A model generated the notes under the pieces. The model made no database searches. It was not told the DNA's origin and saw only the letters and a program-made list of their open reading frames with translations. Positions 11,987 to 24,148 of a stretch of 64,000 nt of DNA are shown piece after piece. Made by a program: the position numbers and the translations under genes. The stretch is from Blastocladiella emersonii ATCC 22665 (lineage: Eukaryota; Fungi; Blastocladiomycota). Numbering within the stretch: position 1 is the stretch's first letter; every line of letters starts with the position of its first letter. The stretch lies in assembly GCA_025594325.1 (NCBI GenBank), contig JANHCV010000007.1, forward strand, positions 1,736,001-1,800,000. The letters are read 5' to 3'.

Positions 11987-13167
11987 ATGAAGTCCCTGTT
12001 CCCGCGAGCGCGACTCGCTCTAGCACAGACGAGACAACTCCATGCATTCACCATGAAGGACGCTGCACATGTATCGACCGCTGCCATCGCCAAGAACGAC
12101 GCGAGCGAGAAGCTGAAGGTGGACGTGGAAAAGAAGCGGCTCTTGGTGATCCTCGGTCCGACCACCCTCGGCCATCACCTCCGCGCACCCACACTCACGC
12201 GAACCGTACCGACCGCGTAGACCTCAACGGCTGCCTCGTCGCGCGCCCGGACCGCGAGGAAGAGCGGGCCGCGCTCGCACTCCACGCGCTGCCGCCGCGC
12301 GCGGGCAAGGCCGGGAACAAGGCCGTGTACGTGCGGCCGCACACGCGCGAGTTCCTGGACCGCGCGCTCGCGCACACCAACGTCGACGTGGCCGTGTGGT
12401 CGTCAGCGATGCTGCACAACATCCGGCGCATCGTGGCCATGGTCGGCGGCAACGACACCCCGCCGCTGATTGACCGGTTCAAGCTGGTCCTGGGCCGCGA
12501 CGAGTGCACGCCCGTCACCGACGGCGAGACGCCGTGGGCGACCATCAAGGACCTGACCACCGTGTACCGGGCGCACCCGGAGACGTACGCGGCCGAGCGC
12601 ACCGTCATGGTCGACGACTCGCTGTTCAAGTGCCGCAAGAACCCGGGCAACGCGCTGGTGCTCCCGACCTGGGTCATTGACGACGCGGCGCGCCCGCCGC
12701 TCGACGATACCGCGCTCGTCCGGCTCGCTGACTACCTCGACCTCCTCGCGCGCGCGGACCCCAGCGACGTGCGCAAGTGGATGCGCGAGCACCCGTTCTC
12801 GCTGCCCGTCGAGGTGCCGGCTTCGGGCAAGCCGGCCAAGGCGCCGCCGGCGTCCAAGAAGAAGAACCCTGCGGCCGGCCATCCGCTGCTCCAGGTCAAG
12901 TTTGTGGTCAACCCGGACAAGGATTTCGCACCGCCGACCGGCCCCGACGGCACGGCCATGAGCGCCGCCGACGCCGCCGAGGGTGAGGGGCTCCTCGCGT
13001 CGTGGGACGAGCTCGCCGCCGCGCTCCCGCCGACCATGGACTCGGACGACGTGGACGCCATGGCCGCGGCAGCTGCCAAGGCCGACAAGGCTGCGAAGGC
13101 GCCGGTCAAGCGGAATCGGTCCAGATCGGCGCGCAGATCACGTTCGCCGGTGAGAAAGGATAGCTAG
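11987..13167 (+). CDS. NIF/FCP1-like protein, paralog 2; intron 12156-12220; possible mitochondrial presequence
   Basis: LLVILDLNGCLV, YVRPH, VAVWSSA, IKDLTTV and TVMVDDSLFKC. The intron is at the same position as in paralog 1. The start could be 11987 (MKSLFPRARL) or 12053. Confidence 0.85.
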
Positions 13168-13352
13168 ATAAATTTTTGTGGCAAACATGAATGACCTCGA
13201 GTGCCTAGAAACGGGTCGCGTGACCCCACGCGCAGTCGAAAAACAGTGGCTCGACGAGGCGCAGGCAACCTCCCGCCGCCTCAAACCGACGAAGCGCTCG
13301 CCTCCTCACGCTCGACCCACCATCCGAGCATCTGCCAGTATCCACCATCAAC

Positions 13353-13804
13353 ATGGTCCGCACACTCTCCATGCAACTGCAACGATGACAAACATGTAAG
13401 CTCACACGCGCTCCCGCCGAACCTAGTCTGCCCCGAACCCCAAGGCCTTCCCCCTGGCTGATGCCACCCTCACCAACACGATCCTGGACCTCGTCCAGCA
13501 GGCGTCGCACTACAAGCAGCTGAAGAAGGGCGCCAACGAGGCCACCAAGACGCTCAACCGCGGTATCTCCGAGTTCATCGTCATGGCCGCCGACGCCGAG
13601 CCCATCGAGATCCTCCTCCACCTGCCCCTCCTGTGCGAGGACAAGAACGTGCCCTACGTGTTCGTCCCCTCCAAGGTCGCCCTCGGCCGCGCCTGCGGTG
13701 TGTCGCGCTCGGTCATCTCGGCCTCGATCACCACCAACGACGCCTCGGACCTCGTGCCCCAGATCAACACCATCAAGCAGAGCATCGAGAAGCTCCTCAT
13801 CTAA
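13353..13804 (+). CDS. SNU13: U4/box C/D snoRNP 15.5K protein; ATG followed by intron 13356-13426
   Basis: NPKAFPLAD...[55 protein letters not shown]. Confidence 0.97.
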
Positions 13805-14145
13805 GGTGTTTGTGTGACGTGTGGTGTCCCGACCTCGGCCCGATGCAGTCTCCCCCTACCTACCGGGTGGCTCCGATGGAAGTGTTCTGATGACGTGCCT
13901 CCCCTGCCGCACCTCATGGGCCGTGGCACCGCGCTGCACCTGTAATACATGAATCTCTTGAAATCCGTTACTTGTTGTCTCTCGCGGTTGTTGGTTTGCA
14001 AAGAGGGAGTTGAGTTTGGTCAAGGTCGAATCTGGGTGTGCGATCGGCGCGCCGAGCCTCCTCCGCGCTTTCTTCCCTCTCTCCCCAGGCCGCCCGTGAT
14101 CCCTGCGGCCTTCCACTTCACACTCGCTGCAACGCATCAACAACC

Positions 14146-16375
14146 ATGACCATCGCCATGCTCCTCGCGGGCCGCGCCCGCACGCCGTTCGCCGCCGCCC
14201 TGGCGACGCGCGGCCTCCTGTCCTCGCGCCGGTCCCTGTCGACGACGCTCAAGTACTCGCCCGCCGTCCGCGCGGCGCTCGATGCCAAGAAGCCCGTGGT
14301 CGCGCTCGAGAGCACCATCATCACGCACGGCATGCCGTTCCCGCAGAACGTGGAGACGGCGCGCATGGTCGAGGACCTGATCCGCGAGGGCGGCGCCGAG
14401 CCCGCCACCATCGCCATCCTCGACGGCGAGATCCACGTCGGCTTGACCAACGACACGCTCATGACGCTCGGCCAGCTCAAGCGCGATAACGTCACCAAGA
14501 CGTCGCGCCGCGACTTTGCCGCGGTCCTCGCGCGGAAGGGCAACGGCGCTACGACGGTCAGTGGCACGATGCTCGTCGCGGAGAAGGCTGGGATCGAGGT
14601 GTTTGTCACCGGTATGTTGCGGCGGGTCGCATCTGAGTCGCGACGAGGCTCACTCGTGAACCCGTGTAGGCGGCATCGGCGGCGTGCACCGCGGCGCCGA
14701 AGAGTCCATGGACGTGAGCGCGGACCTGACGGAGCTGGGCCGCACGCCCGTGGCCGTCGTGTGCGCGGGCGTGAAGAGCATCCTCGACATTCCCAAGACG
14801 CTCGAGTACCTCGAGACGCAGGGCGTGACCGTGACGACATACGGCCCGCGCGGCGAGTTCCCGGCCTTCTACACGGCGCACAGCGGCATCGCGTCGCCCA
14901 ACCACTCGACGACCATCGACGAGTGCGCTGCCATGATCTACCACAACCGCGCCCTCGACCTCAAGTCGGGCGTCGTCATCGCCGTCCCGATCCCCGAAAA
15001 GGACGCGGCGAACGCCGGGCTCATCCAGGCTGCTGTCGATACGGCCGTCGCCGAGGCCGAGGCTAACGGGATCAAGGGCAAGGACGCCACGCCGTTCCTC
15101 CTCGCCCGCGTCGCCGAGCTCACCCGCGGCGCCTCGCTCGCCGCCAACATTGCTCTCATCAAGAACAATGCGCGCGTCGGCGCCAAGGTCGCCGTCGAGC
15201 TCGCCAAGATGCGCGGCATCACGCCCGCCGCTGCTCCCACCGCCTCCCCCAAGGCGACCAAGGCCGCCAAGGTGCCCGTCGTCGTCGGCGGCCTCGTCCT
15301 CGACGTGACCAGCACCCTCAACAGCGACGTGGTCGAGAACCACTCGTCGTACCCGGGCTCGGTCGCGCAGACGCCCGGCGGCGTCGGCCGCAACATTGCC
15401 GAGGCCATGCACCGCGTCGGCGCCACCCCCACGCTCGTGTCGGCCGTCGGCGACGACCTCGCCGGCCAGATGCTGACCTCGTCGACCGCCGCCCTTGACA
15501 TGCCGACCGACGGCATCGCCGTCGTCCCCGGCCACGGTACCGCCGTCTACAACGCCCTGCACACGCGCAGCGGCGAGCTCGTCACCGCCGTCGCCGACAT
15601 GGGCATCCTGCACCGCGTGCGCGCCAACGCCGCGCACCTGGACCGCGCGAGCGTTGTCGTCGTCGACGGGAACCTCGCGCCCGCCGAGTTTGCCCGCGTC
15701 GTCGCGGCCGCCAACGAGCGCAACGTACCCGTCGTGTTCGAGCCGACCTCGGTCCCCAAGTCGGTCGCGATGCCGTGGATCCGCGACCTCCCGCGCGACG
15801 CCATCACGTACGCGACGCCGAACCGCGTCGAGCTCGAGGCCATGGCCGAGGCGTGGCTGCAGACCAACTCGCCGCGCGCTATCGTGTACGACCAGCTGCA
15901 GCTCCTCCCCGGGTGCACGCCGCGCGCGCCGATCCAGGCGACGCCGCTCGCCGACCTCATCAAGCCCGCGACGCTCGTCGCGCACAAGATCCCGCGACTC
16001 CTCGTCAAGCTCGGCGACGACGGCGTCATGTACCTCGAGCGCGTGTCGCGCGCGTTCCGCGCGCCGCATCAGATCGCCGGCAACGCCTTCTACCAGCACC
16101 CGGCGTGGACCTGGGGCGCGATCTACAAGGGCGCGCCCATGGAGGACGTGTTCCTCGTCGGCTGGTCCGCGCCGTCGCGCGGCGTCAAGGTGACCAACGT
16201 CACGGGCGCCGGCGACACGCTGGTCGGCGCGTTTGTCGCGGGCCTTCACGCTCACGGCCACGAGGTCGAGACGATCCCGGCCCTCGTCCGCAACGCCCGG
16301 ATCGCGGCCGAGATGACGCTCGCCAGCGATAAGGCCGTCTCGCCGTCCATCTCGCCCGCGCTCATGAAGCTGTGA
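14146..16375 (+). CDS. Bifunctional pseudouridine-5'-phosphate glycosidase (PsuG/IndA) + PfkB-family pseudouridine kinase; intron 14612-14669
   Basis: VVALESTIITHGMPFPQN, ATTVSGTM, TGGIGGVHRG, GKDATPFLL, then PGGVGRNIAE, AVGDD and NVTGAGDT. N-terminus resembles a mitochondrial presequence. Confidence 0.93.
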
Positions 16376-16582
16376 GTGAGCGCGCGGTGCGCTCCGCCGT
16401 AGTTGAGCGGAAATACTATATACTCTCTAGTAGTTGGCCACATTCCTTCAAAAGCCGTCGTCGAGCGGGAATACACTTATACTCTCCAGTAGGTTGCCAC
16501 GTTCGTTCAAAAGAGTCGTCGAATCTATACAGGGAGGTCACGCGCATCGAATCCGAAAATCACAACACAACAGGACGATCAA

Positions 16583-18100
16583 TCAGGAGCGGTGGTGCAT
16601 CATGGGGGCCGCGGTGGCCGTCGGCTTGGCCATCATCTTGCGCGAGGGCGCCGACGCCGTAGCCGTGGGCGGCTGCGCGTTCTTCTTGTCGCCGTCGGCC
16701 TGCTTCTTGGCCTTGTCGGCCATCTCGCGCTCGCGCTTGGCCTTCTCCTCCTGCTCCTTGGCCTTGTCAGCGAGCTCGCGCTCGCGGCGGCCCTCCTCGT
16801 TCATGCGGTTGCGGTTTTCCTCGCGGCGGCGCTCGGCGTCGCCGGCCTCGTTCTGGCGGCGCTGCTCGTACCCGCGGACGTCGGTCTCGACGCGGATCAC
16901 CTGGTTGCGGCTGCCGTGGATCTCGCGGCACGAGTCGAGCGCAAACGTGTCGACGGGGAACACGGTCGGGCCCGCGACGATCGCGTTGGTGTTGTCGGCG
17001 CCGACGGCCTGGTTGCCGCGGACCACCATCAGGTACACGTCGCCGCGCGCCTCGCGCGGCACCACGCACTCGCCGTTGGTGATGGGCGCGATCTCCGACT
17101 TCTCGGCGAACAGGAAGTTGCACGACAGCCCGTTGCCGCGCGCCGCCTCGGTCTTGATCTTGATCTTGTCGCCGGGGCGCGCCGTCACCGTGTTGAGCTC
17201 GAGCGCAGGCAGCGGCTTGATCCCGAGGTCGACGTCGCACTTGCGGATGAACGGCGCGGCCATGGCGAGGACCTGGTTGCCGGCCAGCGGCACGTCGAAC
17301 GCCTCGGACGCCGGGTCGATGTTGTTGAGCGCGTTCAGGAACGACGCGTGGCGCGCCTCGACCGTCGCGATCGTGCCGGCAGCCATCTGCAGCTTCTTGT
17401 CGCTGACGCTCGACAGCGCGCCCGCGTACGCCGAAACGCCCACCTTCTCGAGCACGCGCGCCGTGGCCAGGAACGTCTTGACATCCAGCAGGTTGAAGGT
17501 GAACTCGCACTGCGACACGGCCTTGCCGCCCATCGCCTTGATCGCCGCGTCGAGCGTTTTCACGTGCGCCTGCTCGTGCTCCAGAAGATGCATCAGATCG
17601 CGGAACGCCTGGCCGGCGTTGGCCACGCCAGCGCGGCGCATCTCGGCTTCTGGGAAGCGGCGAAGGCCCTCCTATAACACACGTGCGAGGTTGGAAGATC
17701 AGTACGATGGCGCGAGTGGGTAGGTATTGTGGCGCCGGCGCTGCGGGAAACTGAGCCACCGAGCCCCCATGGACGTGAGTGGCTGACGCGAGAGGCGAAA
17801 CAGGTACGTTGGAGCGGCCGCGCCACGCGTCCCTGAGCGATCCGTGAGCTCCGCGCGCGACTTCGCGCCCAGCTCCTTTAGTCGATGGGTAACTGAAGAG
17901 ACAGAAAATGCACATACAGTATAGAAGCTCGCTTCGAGGAGCTCCAACTGAAGCGCGAAATTCAATATCCCAATGTCTCCGTTGCGGCCGTTGTTGCCGT
18001 TGTTGTTGTTGTTGTTCTGGCGGCGCTCGAGGACCGGGGCCGCCGAGGAGACGCACGCGAACAGCGCGAGCGCCGAGAGGACGTGGACGACGATGCGCAT
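16583..18100 (-). CDS. Secreted ferritin-like domain (Rds1-like) protein with charged C-terminal tail; intron 17672-17917
   Basis: Signal peptide MRIVVHVLSALALFACVSSA; DIGILNFALQLELLEASFYT|EGLRRF, HEQAHVKTL, LEKVGVSAYAG, IATVEARHAS. Confidence 0.88.
17988..18015 (-). repeat. (AAC)n microsatellite encoding poly-Asn after the signal peptide/KEX2-like RR site
   Basis: GTT triplet runs on the + strand translate to QNNNNNNGNNG. Confidence 0.8.
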
Positions 18101-18695
18101 CGTGGGTGGTGGTGGTGATGGTGGTGTTGATGGAATGTCGATGGTACGACGCGAGCGGGGGATGATGGGTTTCGTGATGTGGGGAGCGGACCGGCCGCGA
18201 GCAGAATAGTTGTGCGATCAACGCAGTCGAGGAAGATGGACCAGCCGAGGTGGTACGGTTGCTGTCCAGCAGCGTCGTCGTAGTTGTTGCGAGAGAGGGG
18301 GGATGTGCAGGGACGTTTGGCAGGCAGACCGAGGGGACGGGGGACGCGCCGACCTTTTGTACAGAGTCGGTCAGAGACCGGGCCCCGCTTGGCGGGCTGA
18401 GTTCAGCCGTGAGCCACGCTTGCCATCCCACCCGGATCATCGCTGAGCCACACGACAGCGCCACTAGGTCTCCGCCCCCCGCCCCCGAACGCTCCTCAGG
18501 CGGCCAGCCCTCAAGCTTGTTTCCAACATGGTGCGCCATGTGTTACGATTCATGATCGGCAATGACCGTCACGCTCAAGAACCATGAGCGGAGGGAAAGC
18601 AGAGACTGACTTGAAAGTGAAAGCGGTGTATTGGTTTGAATCGGGTCCCACGACCACATGGTCAGTCGGTCGCGAGCGAGTGGGTTACGGACGCA

Positions 18696-19209
18696 TCACG
18701 CGTCGTGCTCCATGGCCAGCATCTCCTGCTCCCACGCGTCCTCGACGCCGTCCTCGAGACTCATGCCCGTCGATGCCGATGCGCCCGCCGCGTCCTCGGC
18801 AAAGTCGACGAGCTCCATGGACGAGTGGAAGCCCTCAAACAGGTGGTCGGCCGCCGAGTACTCGTGCTGCGGGACCGCGGCCGCCGATGCCGCCGACTCC
18901 TCGGACTTGGCCGAGTCGACCCGCACGTAGCGCTCGAAGTTGGTCATGTCAATGGGCGTGTGGTGGTCGTGGTCGTCGAGGTCCTCCTACACGTCACGGT
19001 GCGATAAGTACGCGGGCTGTCGTGATGAGCAGGATGCGGTGACGGACCGGCGACTCGAACTTGCGCGGCGCCAGCGCCCACTCGGCCTCGGGGATCAGCG
19101 GCAGGATGGACTCGAGGAAGACGTCGCTCTGCGCAGTCGCGGGTGGTGCAAGCGCGACCACGGCGAGCACAACGGCGACGGCCAGGGCGAGGACGGTTTT
19201 GCAGTACAT
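18696..19209 (-). CDS. Small acidic secreted protein of unknown function, 2 exons
   Basis: Signal peptide MYCKTVLALAVAVVLAVVALAPPATA. A 61-nt GTCCGT...GTGTAG intron joins KFESP to EDLDDHDHHTPIDMTNFERY in frame. Confidence 0.65.
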
Positions 19210-19412
19210 GGCGTCGAGTGATGGTTGCTTCCTCTTAGTGAACCGTGTAATGAACGGGAGGACGGAGGCTGCACCTGCAGGGAACCGCGATTCGCGTCGC
19301 GCAGCAGCTCGCGCAGCGGAAACGCGTGTCGCGAGGTGCGAGACATCAGGTGACCGGCGCCGCTTTGTTGAGCGCCGATCATTCACGGGCTGTCTCCCCG
19401 CCGATACCGCCC

Positions 19413-20337
19413 ATGAACACGATGAACGCTCTCCGCCAGCTCGCCACTCGCCGCATTGCTGCCAGCGCTGTTGCCGCTACCGCCGCGCGCGCGGATCCCG
19501 CCCGCCTCGCCGCCGCGAGCGTGCCCCGCGTGGCTGCCGCCGCCTCATGGGCGCAGATCGCTCGCCGCACCTTTGCCACCGAGGCCAAGGACTCGCCCAT
19601 CATGCCGCCTGCTGGTGCCGCTGCGCCCGCTGCCGAAGGCGAGCAGCCGAAGCTGACGCCCGAGGAGATCGCCGTCAACCACGAGAAGGCGCTCAAGCTC
19701 CTCGACGAGGGCAACGAAGCGCTCGCCAACGACAAGGTCCAGCTCGCCCTCGCCAAGTACATTGAGTCGGTCAAGCTGTCGCCCACGTCCGAGGCCCTCT
19801 TCAACGCAGGCAACGTGTTCCTGCAGATGGGTACGCTTCGGTGGTGACGTGACCCGTAAACCGGCCCGCTGACCCGATCTGTGCCGCGTAGGTCGCACCG
19901 AGGAGGCCATGGCGCAGTACGAGGACTCGCTCGAGCTCGGCGAGCACCCCGACACGCTCGTCAACATGGCCAACGTGACGTTCATGGTGCGCAAGGACGT
20001 GGACGGCGCGATCGCCCTGTACCAGCGCGCGCTCCGCGCCAACGCCATGATCCACGGGCCCGAGTTCACCCCCGAGGCCGCCACCATGCACGGCGAGATT
20101 AACTTCAACCTCGCCTGCATCAGCGACGTCGCCGCCAGCCAGCTGCCGCTCCCCGAGAAGCTCGACGAGGCCGTCGAGCACTGGGTCCGCGCCGAGCGGT
20201 CGTTCGCCGAGGCCAACAAGGCTGGCATCGAGCGCGCCGAGATGCTCATGCGCAACGTCGTCGCTAAGCGCGCGGGCAAGGTCGCCGAGTTCGCCAAGAA
20301 GCCCGAGGCTGAGGCCGCGACGGAGACTAAGGCGTGA
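19413..20337 (+). CDS. TPR-repeat protein with mitochondrial-type presequence; intron 19831-19891
   Basis: Arg/Ala-rich N-terminus. Helical repeats ALKLLDEGNEAL, EALFNAGNVFLQMG|RTEEAMAQYEDSL, ALYQRAL and INFNLAC. Confidence 0.8.
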
Positions 20338-20529
20338 GTGTTGAAGAGTTAAAACTAGTGTACTTTGAACTTCTCGAGGGTCGACTGGAAAGTGGCTGGA
20401 CTCCGAGTCGGAGCGAACACGCGAGTGTCCAGAACGCCCAAAACGCCCGCGACCCGCCGCGCTTGGTCCTCCCTCTCCGCGATCCCACGCGCTTCACATG
20501 CAGCCCATGAACTGAACCCACGCTCAATT

Positions 20530-20944
20530 ATGCCTCCAACACTCCACATTGCTCCTATCGTCGAGAAAATTTTCGTCTACGCGGTGAAAATGAGCGACCC
20601 GGACGACGTTCCTGGCATGATGCAGTACGCGCGCGTCATGCGCGAGGACGACATTCCCGGCGCTGCCCGCGCGATCCTCCAGCATGCGCCGTCTCTCTCC
20701 ATGAAACGAGCGAGTGCACGCGGCGCCGTCCGACTTCTCGATAAATGGCTCCAGTCCGGCCTGCCCGTTGCTTTCTCCCCGGCCGCGCTTCGTGCCGCCG
20801 AACTGCATCGACAACTCGGCTCGCTCGAGTGGTGGCGCCGCTCAGGGCTCGTCCCGGCACTCGAGGACTTGCCCGACTTGGACAACCTGATTCTGACCAC
20901 GTTGGGTCTCTGCCGTCACGCGACCTTCACGGACGACGACGAGG
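20530..20944 (+). CDS. Ankyrin-like helical N-terminal region, probably exon 1 of the LRR gene
   Basis: SMKRASARGAVRLLDKWLQSGLPVAFSPAAL..GSLEWWRRSGL. A phase-1 GT at 20945 and AG at 21071 would join it in frame to the LRR ORF (inference). Confidence 0.5.
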
Positions 20945-21071
20945 GTGTCCGTGTACGCTCCCCAGCCGTTCGCTTGCCGTTTCCCGTGCTGACGAAACGC
21001 CGTGTAGTGGGAGGTTCGGCCGCGCGATACGGATCGCGGTATACGTGCAGCAGTAGGTGCGATTTCGTCAG

Positions 21072-22279
21072 GCGAACTTGATGTCCTTGCAATCGAACAT
21101 GAGCGGATTAGCCTCGAGGGTATCCTTGCTCTCAACGACGCCATGGCGAGCCCTCTCGCAGCGCTTGGTTCACTCAAATTCAACTTTTGCACGCTCGACC
21201 TGCCCCGCCTGGGCGCGCTCCGGCTCGCGCCATCGCTCACTTTCATCACCATCGAGCGCGCTTGGCTCAAGCACCTGCCGCTCGCGGACGAGCTCGATGG
21301 GTGGGCCTGGCCGCCGCAGCTCGAGAACTTGTCGTTCTTCAGTACTCCGATCAGTACGATCAATCTTGCTCTTCGACTGCTTGGGACTCTTTCAAACAGC
21401 CTGGAATCTCTCAAAATCGACGCTTGCTGGCTCGGCGACGAGGTTTTGATTGCCCTTGCTCCGCTCCTACCACGCGGGCTCAAGTCGTTGATGATCGGGA
21501 GCAACGGTCTCACTGGCGCGGGATTCACTCGCGCTAGTCCCGACCTTCCGCACTCGCTTCGCTCGCTCAAGCTTCAGTTCGAAAATCTCGGTACCTTTAT
21601 CGACGACGAACCGCTGCAGTTTGCCCTTCCTCTCAATCTCACTGAGCTCGAGTTGACGGCGTGCCAGCTCGACTATCTTGGAACATCTGCCTTCCTCAAT
21701 GCTCTTCCGCTCCATCTTGAGACACTGAGCCTGATGCAGACGGGCGTGTCCAACTCGCGCGTCGCGGCCCTGGCAAGTTTGTTCCCACCAACCCTCAAGC
21801 ATCTCACCTTTTCGGAGCCATCGCTTGACGCCGAGTCGCAACTCCAACTCGCTCGCGCGTTTCCTCGAGATCTTGAGTCTCTTAGCCTGCCAGGGAACTA
21901 CAATCCAACGCGGAACTCGATCGCGTCTATTATCAGTCTTATTCCACGATCGTTGCGTTCTCTTGATCTCAGCGAGAATCAGCTTGAAGAAGCAGACGTT
22001 GCAGGCCTCGCCCAGCACATGCCACCAAAGCTCGAGGTGCTGTCGCTCTCCATGACGTCCCTGAACGATCAATTGCTCGAGGTCCTGGCCCTGGCGCTTC
22101 CATCGACTCTGACGACACTGAATCTCAGATGCAACATGATCACCAACGCAGGTGCCACATCGCTCGCCACGCACCTGCCACCGGGTCTCGTGGAGCTCGA
22201 TTTGAGAGGCAATGAAGTGAACGCGCAAGGCGCACAGGCGATCCGAACTGTGCTCTCACACGCGCTTGTACGGGTTTGA
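21072..22279 (+). CDS. RNI-like leucine-rich repeat protein
   Basis: Recurrent LPxxLxxLxLxxNxI units (LPRGLKSLMIGSNGL, IPRSLRSLDLSENQL, LPSTLTTLNLRCNMIT, LPPGLVELDLRGNEV). Confidence 0.85.
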
Positions 22280-24148
22280 GAGTACTCGTACACCTTGGAC
22301 GTTGGTCAGGACCATCTTAATTTAACAAGATTTTCATGCACATCACTGCCCCTGAAAATGACGGCATCGTTGAACTCGTTGCTAAGTCGCGCGCGAAGCG
22401 AACGTGGTGGCGCCTCGTCACGCGAGTGGCGCAGCGCGTTGTCCGGGGCGCCATTTCTCCTTAGCCTCTGCACTCAATCGCGAACATGTCGATATGAAGC
22501 ATCGTAAATACAGATATCCATCCAAGTTGGTAACTTCAGACGGCGTTGACGTGTCTCGATAGCTCCGCCCTCACTTGAACTCGTGGTGAAAAAGCGCGTG
22601 GATTCAGCGTAGTCGCTTCGCTGCAAGACTCGTTGTACGAGTTGCAGGGCGACGTGATGGGCATACTGATGCTCGCGTGGGGGTGGGCGTGGGTTGCCAA
22701 CGCGTGAACGCGAGCGCCATGAGTCATGATTCATGCGCCACGCGCCCACCGTTCCACGCCGCTGCCGCGCTGTCTACCAACCGCTTCTCCTCCTGCCGAC
22801 ACTTCAGCGGGCACAGCGCAGGACGCCTAGATGTAGACTGCATGCAATAGATGGAGGGCGTGTTAAGGAATGCAGCTGGAGGTCCGAGTCTGCCTGTCGC
22901 GCGCCGCCAATTTGAGTGCAAATCGTCAACGTGTTCCGTCCCCATCACTAGGCGCGATTGACGGCAGGCGCGTGCCGGGGCTGCGCAAGGAAGCATTGGG
23001 TGCCGGCTGTACCTGGTCCAGCACCAAGCTCAAGGCGACGGGCGAACCCGCTGACGCCCGCTGTGCCTTACTGTGCTCCGTGGGACGGGAATGCGTCAAA
23101 TGAGCTTGTAATCGTGTTGTCCAGGGCGATCTGGCCGCTCAACGGTCTGGTGCATCGTCGCCGCTGGAATAGGCGTTCCTGGTGCATTCATGCCGTACAT
23201 GTGGATTGAAGGCTCAGGGCGAGCGCCGTCGGGCTGTATCTCATGCTGCGGCACGTGTAACAACGGCGTTCGGCGTTCTGCCAGACACGTCGTCCGTTGC
23301 GCCATTCTCGTTGACGCCCCGAGATCATCACTTGCAGACCCTTCAACAGCACGTTCAACGTCGTGAAGCACAAGTCGCACGACAGGTGCTCGAGTCGCGG
23401 TCGCTGGCGTATTTCTGCGAGCGAGTTCAAGGTTCAGGCTTGTAGCTCGCTCAGCGCAGCTACTGTGCAGACCAAAGCGACCGAGTACTATTCCCGAATT
23501 CTCCCACTGGCACAAATCTTTCTGGCCCGTCAGCCGTCACCGAAATCCTGCACGCACACGGGCAGCCGTGGTACTCGCGGCAGATGTGCGGGCGCTGTGA
23601 AAAATTGCGCACCGCCCGTGCACCTGCCGCGCTCGCAACGCGTACTGCACCGTGTGCTCGCGTGGAACCAAGTTCTCGGTCGATGGCTCGGCGAGCAGGG
23701 TAAGTGGAAGAAGCGCGGTCCGAATCTGAATTCATTCTCCAATGATATGTTATGGTGGCCCCGAAGCGGCGGCGTGCAGTATTCAAGCAGCTTCTCGCTC
23801 AAACGTTCTCGAGCGAGGTGTTGAGAGGCTTCGCGAGCATGGCCGCCGGGGCCGCCGCCACGACGCGAGCGTAATCTAGGCAAGTAACGTGTCCAGTTTC
23901 ATCGACTGCATGGCCATTGCTGGCGTCTTCTGTTGCGGGAGAAGACACGACTCGCGTCGCGACGTCGCGGCGCGGTCGCCGAGGCCAGGCGACCGCAAAA
24001 CCGCGCGAAACGAAGGTCAGGTGAGGTCGGCTGAGGGCGGCTTTCAACACCTTGATCGTCACTGCACCCTTTCACTCTGGCAGCCCTCTGCTCGCGAGTA
24101 CCCGCACCACGTAGCGCAACGAATCACGCAACTGGCCGCACCGCCGCC

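Noticed and set aside
13860-13900. CTGATGA in the SNU13 3' UTR as an autoregulatory K-turn, box C/D or SECIS element
   Set aside because: No convincing flanking stems or partner box could be drawn, and SNU13 has no in-frame TGA.
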